Shown in pieces: positions 23,900 through 32,167 of a stretch of 32,409 nucleotides of DNA. The translations under genes and the position numbers were made by a program. This DNA comes from Mobula hypostoma (taxonomy: Eukaryota). Numbering within the stretch: position 1 is the first letter of the stretch; each line of letters opens with the position of its first letter. The stretch spans positions 26,815,592-26,848,000 of the forward strand of contig NC_086106.1 in assembly GCF_963921235.1 (NCBI RefSeq), in the 5' to 3' direction. The notes under the pieces are model-generated. The model made no database searches. It saw only the letters and a list, made by a program, of their open reading frames with translations, and was not told the DNA's origin.

Positions 23900-24680
23900 A
23901 GATCACAGCTCTGGAGATCCTATTCTTTAGCGTAGCATCCAAACCCTTCAGATCACTGCAGAACCTGGTGAGTCTCACTATTAATATCACTGTTACTTAC
24001 GTGTGGCCACGACATCTGGCTCTTCGAACACCCATCTACAATTCTGAAAACTCGATTCGGGAAGTCTTGGACACTGGCACTGTGGATCAACAGTTCCGTG
24101 CGAGCAGCACTTACTGGCCGACACAAAGCTTGTGTTGCCGGTATTCAGCAGCAGTTCAAGAAATGCAGCTATGATCCGGGCAACGTCAATATGGCAGCAA
24201 AACAACACGACAGGAGCAACATCCAGACACAACTTTTCCCAACTACACAATCAACTTACGACAAGATCTGTGCACCATCGCAGGCTCAAAGCTAAAGCTC
24301 CAGATCCCAAGAACGCTCGACTGGAGCACAACTGACAGCATCCCGACTGGCTTCATTACTGCCTGGTGTTGGAACTGTACTTCCCTCAATCGGTGAACTC
24401 TGCAGCGAGTGGAGCGGACAACGCATCTGTAGATGCGACCTGCCCACTATTCAGGACATTTACAAAGCGAGGTGTGTAAGAAGGTCCCGAAGTATCATTA
24501 AAGACCCGAGACACCCCAAGCACCCAATGGTCCAGCTGCTTCCATCCGGGATACGGGACTGCAGCATAAAATCCAGGACCAACAGGCTCCGGAACAGCTT
24601 CCTCCACCAAGACATCAGACGGATTAAATCATACTGATGCAATTGTATTTCTATGTTATTTTGACTGTCCTTTTGTAAAT
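23900..24680 (+). mobile_element. Rex1/Babar-type LINE relic with an internal deletion of the RT core
   Basis: Post-endonuclease peptide VRAALTGRHKACVAGIQQQFKKCSYD (about 24095-24175) is joined at about 24310 to the C-terminal ITAW..NC...LQRV..T...IKDPRHP motif region and the 3' UTR. Confidence 0.65.
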
Positions 24681-25775
24681 CATATTTATTATAAATTGTT
24701 ACAAGTTGCACATTGCAACGGAAATGTAACGTGAAGATATGTACTCCTCATATAAATGAAGAATGTAGGTGATAAAGTCAATGCTAAATAACCTATGGGA
24801 AAGTAGATTTGCCTGCTATATTTCGCATTCTCTCACTCACGCCTAATCTCGCTAAAACATTGAAGAGGCGATTCGCTAAGTTCACTTTGTAACACTGTCG
24901 ACTCCACCGACGGCCCACCGCTTTCCCCTACATTTTTTTTTCCAATTTGTCCTTGTCTATCAATCCATATAACTTTTCAAAACACTAAAATGCGGCGAAT
25001 TGGTGGGTTATGCATTCGAATCGGCGAACGTGAGAGAGCTCCGTCTTATCATCGTTGCGATCTCCGACGGGCAGCAGTTTTAAAAACCAAACAGCCGCGA
25101 GTAGATGCCTTATTTTCTCAATCGGCGAACTTTTCAAAGCTATGTTTTCTGACGCTTTGTATCTCCGATAAGATCTGCTTGAAATCGGGGAGGAGAAGAT
25201 GGCAGCGTGCCTGCGTGTGCGCAGCCCTCCGGTGAAAAATGATATCCTATCTTTTAAAGAGGGTCCGTGGACAATTACGACTTGATGGAGAATGGAAGTG
25301 ACAGCACAGAGGAACAGCTGGAGAAATTTCTGAAACGCCCATCCGCTGCTGTCGTTACTGTGTGGTCGGGAATCTTTCGGAAGGTAAGCCTAAAAGTTTC
25401 CAGCCTTGCCTGCTTTTGGCGACCGAGAAGGAGGTCGAATCGTCCGTACAGAGATTGCGCTCAGTACTTGGTGTCGGAGAGAAGATCAGAGCTCGACGTT
25501 TTCGTTTTGCCTTGCCAGGTTCCTTCAGGTAGAACAGAGAAAATAGTACAGTACGGCATAATATTGAACCTTCGGAATACCGTGCGGTGGAGACCGATAT
25601 AAATCAGTTCATGATCATTCTAACGTCTCGCCACACCCTGCACTTACCTTTGTCCTCCATTTATCCTATATCGATATGGAGGCAATTCTCTCCAATATCC
25701 GTTTATCAGCCTCTACCGGCAGCAGTTGCTGCGAAGTCCAGAATTTTACAGGAGGTTTGCATTGGAATTCTCCAC

Positions 25776-25776
<1 letters not shown>

Positions 25777-25814
<38 letters not shown>

Positions 25815-25842
25815 CAACAGCAGCATAACAATAATAATAATA
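25777..25842. repeat. (AAT)11 microsatellite with a degenerate AAC/AGC/AAT extension
   Basis: Read directly. Confidence 0.95.
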
Positions 25843-26354
25843 CGATATAACCACTAACATCTCACTAAAACCATCTTCCACTCAACTTACTGCAAGGCAG
25901 CGGTCTCTTGCACTGTCTTTTGCCGCAGTGGTTATCAACCTCATTTTATCTAAAAGAGACTTCCAGATTTTCCAAACCGCTGGACACAAACGAAAAGGTG
26001 AATGGAAGGGAAAGTAGGGTTGCCAGTTTTACGCTTTTGGTCAAGCACATACAAATTGAAACTGTTTGGCGGCAGATTTCCTCGCATCTATACTTTCTGT
26101 GGAATAAAAGTAGCCATCAGGGATTGGTGCGTCCAAAGTCTGAATGTGCCATCACACTCTTCCTAGGCTGAGGGAGAGCTTGTCAGCTCATCCCGCGTAC
26201 CTGCCGTCAAGATCAGAGCACAGACTGATTTCCGTCACAATGATGCACACTTGAAAACTCGGGGCACACGCCACAACATCAATAAAGAACAAACAACAAT
26301 ATATTTTTTTGGAAAAGAAGTGTCCGGTTCAAGGTGAATGAGCCAGACTCATCC

Positions 26355-26574
26355 ATTGATAGGCCATCTCCGTCACACATGTTGAAAGATAGGAAGTCAT
26401 GGGTGGGGCTTCCTCACTCGGTTCAAAAACACGACACAGAATCGAGACTAACAACTGTCCCTCAGCAAACCTGTTGATAACAGTTCACTGTCCAACTCTG
26501 AAGTACATTCTGCCATAACTCTGCAGGCCGTGAGCTCCATCTGCTCGTCACTTCAGCAATATTCCTTGTTGACG
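26355..26574 (+). promoter_or_regulatory. Putative promoter region of the NAR-TCR V
   Basis: Lies immediately 5' of the leader ATG. Contains an E-box CACATG (26376-26381), an ETS-type AGGAAGT (26391-26397) and GATA-like words. Motif presence only. Confidence 0.35.
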
Positions 26575-26617
26575 ATGGGAGTCTTCCTTGTTTTCACACT
26601 CTGGCTCTGCTTACGGC
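26575..26617 (+). CDS. Leader (signal peptide) exon of the NAR-TCR V: MGVFLVFTLWLCLR
   Basis: ATG at 26575, 14 hydrophobic codons plus 1 nt, donor GTGAGT at 26618. The 135-bp intron ends in a pyrimidine tract and TAG at 26750-26752. Phase-1 splicing is in frame with the V exon. Confidence 0.92.
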
Positions 26618-26752
26618 GTGAGTACCTTTCACACATCCACAGGACATTTACTTTAAATCTGTTTGAGCCCTCTGAGATACAACCGGCTGAGATTATTCAT
26701 GTGGTTCGTCTATGACTACAACTTACTTTTCTCCGTTTTTCTTTATTCCTAG

Positions 26753-27043
26753 GTTCATTGAGTCAGTCGGTGACTCAGAGCCCGTCCATTGTAAACTTGA
26801 ATGAGTGTCAGACTGCCACTATCACCTGCAGTTTCAAGCCTGGTTCTGGTGAATATCGCTTTCTCACTGGAAAATTCTTCAGGCAGACTAATTCAGCGGC
26901 GGAACGGAAAGAAGTCACCCGCGGGGGAAGATTTATTACTTCGATTAAGAAAACTGATATGCAGTTTTCGTTGGGAATTCGGGACCTGCAGGTGGAAGAC
27001 AGCGGCACCTATTACTGTCAAGCTGTGTACAGATGGCGTGCAA
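26753..27043 (+). CDS. NAR-TCR variable gene segment (IgNAR-like V domain)
   Basis: SLSQSVTQSPSIVNLNECQTATITCSFKPGSGEYRFLTGKFFRQTNSAAERKEVTRGGRFITSIKKTDMQFSLGIRDLQVEDSGTYYCQAVYRWRA. Canonical Cys at 26827 and 27016 have only 62 residues between them (CDR2-less, VNAR-like). GGRF...FSL.I.DL.VEDSGTYYC aligns with VNAR. Open frame, followed by an RSS. Confidence 0.92.
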
Positions 27044-27081
27044 CACAATGATGGGCTTCGGCTTCGCGCTGTACAAAAACT
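27044..27081 (+). other. Recombination signal sequence of the NAR-TCR V (23-type, 22-bp spacer)
   Basis: CACAATG (27044-27050), 22 bp, ACAAAAACT (27073-27081). Confidence 0.93.
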
Positions 27082-27406
27082 TTCGCTGTAGCTTATTCCT
27101 GATTCAGACGGAGCAGAATGGATCTGCGGGTTTAGTTAATTTTCCTGTCTCGCTGTGGATCCGTCCTGCAGTCCAGCTAACTGCCATATTTGTTTCTAAT
27201 CATGTACACTCTTTATGCTTCCACGTCCCGAGTGCGCAGATCTTATTGCCTACCCTGAGGTATGTGTCAATAAACGTCGACAGAGAATTAAGAAATACAC
27301 ATTCTTGTCGCCAAGTACGGACGGAATTGTTCATGAACACTTGGAAACGGAAAATGCCAGCGCTGTGAATTTAATTCCTGCTCGACTCTTTCAGGGAATC
27401 GCCAGC

Positions 27407-27434
27407 AGATTTGATATTGATGTAAGGCACTGTG
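27407..27434 (-). other. 5' 12-RSS of the D segment
   Basis: Nonamer AGATTTGAT (5/9 to GGTTTTTGT), 12 bp, perfect CACTGTG (27428-27434). Confidence 0.8.
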
Positions 27435-27450
27435 TACAGTTTGGGGCAAA
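27435..27450 (+). other. NAR-TCR diversity (D) segment TACAGTTTGGGGCAAA
   Basis: 16 nt between two perfect heptamers, each with a 12-bp spacer, lying between the V and the J. Confidence 0.92.
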
Positions 27451-27478
27451 CACAGTGGAAGAGATCTAAACAAAAACA
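27451..27478 (+). other. 3' 12-RSS of the D segment
   Basis: CACAGTG, 12 bp, ACAAAAACA (27470-27478). Confidence 0.93.
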
Positions 27479-27824
27479 GAAAATAATAAATATGTAATAA
27501 ATCATATTTAAACGATATCTTCTCCATATCCCATGCAAAAAAATACAAACCTGGCGATGTTCACCGACTAATCTGTTTAGATTATTTTTAATTTCCATAT
27601 CGTATATGTATTTTTGATTGACACATATACTATGTTTTTTTTTCTTCTCGGAATCGGTCTGCGGTGCGTGTTCCTGTTTTATTTTACTTTGGTCTTGCTT
27701 TCTCACAAAGAACATATCGGCTTGCCACCACATGGGGAATATTGCATGCTATTTGTTGCATTAACAACCCTGGAAACATTGGGAAGCCTATCGTAGCGTT
27801 TCCGAAGCAGACTCACGTGAGTGT

Positions 27825-27863
27825 AGTTGTTGTATGGTGGAGACTGAGAAGAGGATCATTGTG
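27825..27863 (-). other. 23-RSS of the J segment
   Basis: AGTTGTTGT (27825-27833), 23 bp, CATTGTG (27857-27863). Confidence 0.9.
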
Positions 27864-27921
27864 TATGAATGGACGACTCATACTCTAGATGGAACAGGGA
27901 CAAAGGTCACGGTCAGGCCCG
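27864..27921 (+). CDS. NAR-TCR joining (J) segment YEWTTHTLDGTGTKVTVRP
   Basis: GxG-T-K-V-T-V motif, preceded by a 23-RSS, followed by a phase-1 donor G|GTAAGT at 27922. Confidence 0.92.
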
Positions 27922-29286
27922 GTAAGTATCCACAAACATCGACGATTCGTCAAATATCTCACCCATCTAACTATCGCTTGATAGATGATCGATTGATTTA
28001 AAATCATTCAATTTTAAATGGGTCTGCTGTCAAACCTAGTTTCTACAAAGTGTGTCAGGGTAGGACGTAAGTACAGAGGGTCTTTTCTGGATGAGCTGTT
28101 GTTGTAAAAATATTCAACACATCAGGACGTCTCGCATTCGTGCTGCTGGTGAACAATACATGTTGATAGTGCCAATAACGCCCAAACAGCAAAAATGATC
28201 AAATACAGAATGGAAAATCAGGTGCACCGGCCGAAAGGAAACAGACTGAGAGGAGGCAGGTTCACTCGCAGAATGTGAGGGATGCATTTATTTCGCACTG
28301 CAGTAGGTTTAAGAGAGCTGTACCGATGCACAGCTCTTCACTGTTGAAAGAAAGAAATTTTATGGTTTGTCCTTTGTGGTGTGATTCTGTAGACTGAATC
28401 TACAGTCACTGTATAGAAAGGCAAGGTGGTAAACTGAATTAACAGAGTCAGATGGAGAAGGAAAATTCTGCTATGGGCAAGGAAGAAATGCTTGTGTATT
28501 CTTCGCAGAATGAATCAATCAGACTGCTGTCAGACTGTGGGAAATATTGTTAGAACTTAAGGCATAAACCACAGGCAGAATATATATATATATGAATGAG
28601 TCACAGAGATGCAAGAAATAATCAAACTTATTTTCTACAAATTATTCTAAAATAGTACCGCGAATTGCAAACTCCATTGATGAAAAATTAACAAAAGGGA
28701 AGGGAATAAAATATATATATCGGCTGCTAAAATCCAATCGAAAATAAACCTTCGCCTTCAGCAGCTTAGAAAATTATCTGACCAGCCTGTACCGTTCAGT
28801 CTCATTACTGTGATGAACATGTTACAATGCAAGAGTCTGTAACTTATCGGGGGAAATGTATATTTAAAAAATCTGGATGGAGCATCTATCAATTCGGGAA
28901 AAAAAAAACCTCTCACCTATCATTATTCCGAATTAAATTGACGTTTAAAATAAACACCACAGAACCGAGAAAAAGGAATTCGGCCCATTATATGTTTGCC
29001 GGCTCTCTGCAATTGTTCCATTAGATTAGTTCTTCTTTCCACATAGATGTCCAAAATATGAAAGCTGTTTTAAAGATAGCAAGATATCCGCAATTTACCA
29101 ATGAGTCCCTGATTTTATTTCACTGCAGCACTTGTTTATAATAATTGTCAACGACAATAAATATTGTTTACTCACATTTGAAATGAAACAAGTTTGTGTG
29201 CAAGAAAAATATCCTTATAATATTTGGGATGTTTATTCTGACAGTTATCGGTAAATCAGCAATAATATTCCTCTACATTCATACAG

Positions 29287-29580
29287 AATCCATTTCTCAG
29301 AGTCCTGAACTACAAACTACACTTGCCGACACCGTAATTTTAAACTGTGGATATGACGTGAATTGTCGCAGCTCAATACACTGGTATCGCCAGCTTCCAG
29401 GGCAGGCACCCATATTCCTGCTCCAGGGTCAAACATTTGGAGTACAAGATAAGACAAAAAATGCCGGAGAACGAATTACTGGTTTTGTCGATCCTGGTAA
29501 GAAAATCAGCCAGCTGACGATCTCCAAAGTGCAACTGGGTGACGCTGCTGTGTATTACTGTGCAATGAGTCGGTTTGCAG
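29287..29580 (+). CDS. TRDV: Supporting TCR-delta V exon (second V domain of NAR-TCR)
   Basis: Acceptor CAG at 29284-29286; the J-derived G plus AA gives GAA in frame. ESISQSPELQTTLADTVILNCGYDVNCRSSIHWYRQLPGQAPIFLL...SQLTISKVQLGDAAVYYCAMSRFA has the canonical C, WYRQ and D.AVYYC, plus an extra CDR1 Cys. No conventional leader exon with a spliceable intron was found upstream. The symbol is group-level only. Confidence 0.9.
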
Positions 29581-29619
29581 CACTGTGATGCCGCGCATGG
29601 ACAGCGCTGTTCAAGAACT
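29581..29619 (+). other. 23-RSS of the supporting V-delta
   Basis: CACTGTG (29581-29587), 23 bp, TCAAGAACT (29611-29619; 6/9 to consensus). Confidence 0.88.
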
Positions 29620-29641
29620 GGGGTGATTCTCGTTACAAGCA

Positions 29642-29680
29642 CACAGTGCTAGGAAGCAGCGAGGGAACAATACAAAAACT
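29642..29680 (+). other. Second, orphan 23-RSS (near consensus)
   Basis: CACAGTG (29642-29648), 23 bp, ACAAAAACT (29672-29680). No V coding region or 5' RSS is attached. Confidence 0.88.
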
Positions 29681-29685
29681 CATTT

Positions 29686-29713
29686 GGTTTTATCATATAA
29701 ATACACCACTGCC
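29686..29713 (-). other. Decayed 12-RSS, back to back with the orphan 23-RSS
   Basis: GGTTTTATC (29686-29694; 6/9), exactly 12 bp, CACTGCC (29707-29713; 5/7, with the two cleavage-proximal bases altered). Confidence 0.5.
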
Positions 29714-30277
29714 AAGCACGGAGACAAACTACAAGAAACCGCAGTGTGGTGGGATTTTTAGTAGAATGATGATAGAGAAAATAAAAGCACCTCAATCAAC
29801 ACCCAAAATACGCTGGGCGAAATCATTATGTCATAACGGAAGTTCTCTGGTTCGAAACATCATTTCCCTGAAAGCTGCCGGATCTACCGATTCCTCTCAT
29901 TTCTACTGATAGAAGACACACAACTCTCAAGAATATATTCCCGGAGTGAAAAGGCATCATTGCCTTCAGGGAATTCGCATTTTAGATCAGAAGTGCATAA
30001 GACATAGCAACAGAATTGGGCCAATCAGCCTATCGAGGGTGCCCCGCCATTCCATCATTATTATTTCCGGATCCCAATACATTCTCCAGTATATCCGTGT
30101 AGTACATGCAATCTACCAGACATTTTAAATGAAGGATCGTCGCAAATCCGTTTGCGCCGTGTAAACAGCGGCAGAAAAGTAACGGACATTGAAATGTTAC
30201 AAATTCCAAACAATAAATGCATATTCTATTGTTTTGGAAATGTACAGCATCACGAACTACAGATCTCATTACGATTT

Positions 30278-30700
30278 TAGAAACATAGGAACATAGAAAA
30301 CCTACAGCACAATACAGGCCCTTAGGCCCACAAAGTTGTGCCGAACATGTCACTACCTTAGAAATTACGAGGGTTACCCATAGCCTCTATTATTCTAAGC
30401 TCCATGTACCTATCCAAAAGTCTCTTAAAAATCCTGTCGTGTCCGCCTCCACCAGCGTTGCCGGCAGCCCATTCCACGCACTCACCACTCTCTGTGTAAA
30501 AAAAACTTACCCCTGATATCTCCTATACACCTATTCCCAAGCACCTTAAACCTGTGCCCTCTTGCGGCAGCCATTTCACCCCTGGGAAAAAGCCCCTGAC
30601 TATCCACACGATCAATGCCTCTCATCATCTTACACTCCTCTATCAGGTCACCTCTCATCCTCCGTCGCTCCAAGGAGAAAACGTTGAGTTCGGTAAACCT
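30278..30700 (-). mobile_element. CR1 LINE 3' end fragment
   Basis: Minus ORF FSLERRRMRGDLIEECKMMRGIDRVDSQGLFPRGEMAAARGHRFKVLG. Reverse-complement relative of 12478-12847, including the tail. Confidence 0.9.
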
Positions 30701-31297
30701 GTTTTCATGAGCCACATCCACACCCGTGCCTTTATCACAAAGTAACTTTAGGGAGCCTGGATGTGAATTTATAGCATGTAAAATGCTTTCACCTGAGAGT
30801 ATTAACGTGCAGGCGATGCTCACTGAGGTGTCTTCTGTTGCGTTCAGTTTCTTCCGATAGCATGAATCTCACTAAAATGAAACTGCACTCTTTTGGCAAT
30901 TACATGCTAATCCAATTGAAATGATTGCTATGATTGGAGGTAATCGAGAGAACTGGGAGAGGCGCTGCAAAAGAAACATTCGATCGTTAGTTACTGCAAG
31001 GCAACGTCGTATTTCCTCCCACTCCTTAGAGATAACCTACGTTTTGTCATTCCTGAACTTTCCTTTAGTTTAGTCTGAACAGAAACTTGTTCGTACTGGA
31101 ATCCCCTAGCAGTGCACTAAAAATGCATTCACTTGAACTGGAATTCCTGGCTCTGTACATTAGAAAACAAAATAAATCATTTACCTCTATTATTTATATG
31201 TTTTACTTCATTGCTGCTGCCATGCCTTTCAAAATAACTACAATTATATTAACTATTTATATTAATATAAAGATATAATACTGTTTGTTTAAATTTT

Positions 31298-31565
31298 GGG
31301 CGGCAGAGTAGCGTCGCGATTACTTCGACTATATTACAGTTCTGGGAGTAATAGTTCGGAATTCAATCCTGGTTCATCTGTAACTAGTTTGTGTGTCCTC
31401 ACCATGGAATGCTAGGGTTTTCACCGACTGTTCTCGGATCCACCAACAGTTCAGAGACGAATTCCGTGGAATGATTAGTCATTGTAAGCTGTCCGATGAT
31501 TGGGTTCCAGAAAAATCAGGGTTGCCAATGGTTTCTGGGGCGGTGCATTTCTCAGGGCTGGAATG
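31298..31565 (+). mobile_element. Degenerate tRNA-derived SINE (V-SINE/HE1-like)
   Basis: 5' GGGCGGCAGAGTAGCG tRNA-like head, B-box-like GTTCGGAATTCAATCC, and a central domain resembling the V-SINE core. Heavily mutated. Confidence 0.6.
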
Positions 31566-32071
31566 CCTTATTCTGCGCTGCATCATGAAATTAACAACTA
31601 AGTACATCTTGCAAGGAATTTAAACAACATTTACTGATGAAGCCATACGGTACATAAACAAGTGCATAATCGATCGCCAACCAGACAGCAATGCTTAATA
31701 TTATTTATTTTCTCTAGAAACACTGAAAGCCCATTTTGATTCTATCGCTTCTATACTGGGAATTTTATTTTACACTCATGGACAATTAGATCTGTCACAA
31801 GTATCGTTGCATGAAAATCTTCCCTACCAAATGCAATAAATATATACAACATTTGATCTCTCTGCGCCAGAAGAACACATTCTATAACACAACAGTCCAT
31901 GTTTTATTATTTCGTAAATTATTGTTGCACATTGGTAATTTATTATTGTGTATATTATTATTCTCTACTGTATTCTTAGCTAGTTCTGAATACTGCTAAG
32001 TGTATTTTAAACGTTGCTGCTGTAACGAAAGAAACTCCCACTCAGGAACAAGTTCTTCTTTTTCTTCTAAA

Positions 32072-32167
32072 TATTATTATTACTATTACTACTATTACTA
32101 CTACTACTACTGCTGCTGCTACTGCTACTATTACTACTGCTACTACTACGACTACTACTACTACTAC
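32072..32167. repeat. Compound (TAT/TAC/TGC)n trinucleotide microsatellite
   Basis: Read directly; it produces the spurious poly-Tyr/Cys ORF 32000-32230. Confidence 0.95.

Noticed and set aside
26236-26274. CACAATGATG, identical to the start of the V RSS
   Set aside because: No nonamer at 12- or 23-bp spacing and no coding segment in front.
29196-29588. The 130-aa ORF as a standalone single-exon gene
   Set aside because: It starts at GTG, runs through intron sequence and ends inside the RSS. The real unit is the V exon 29287-29580.
29714-29778. Possible D segment 29714-29739 followed by CGCAGTG
   Set aside because: The heptamer breaks the CAC rule and no nonamer follows at 12 or 23 bp. Kept only as an alternative reading of the RSS-bounded element.
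31298-31375. tRNA gene
   Set aside because: Only a degenerate tRNA-like SINE head; no cloverleaf can be formed.
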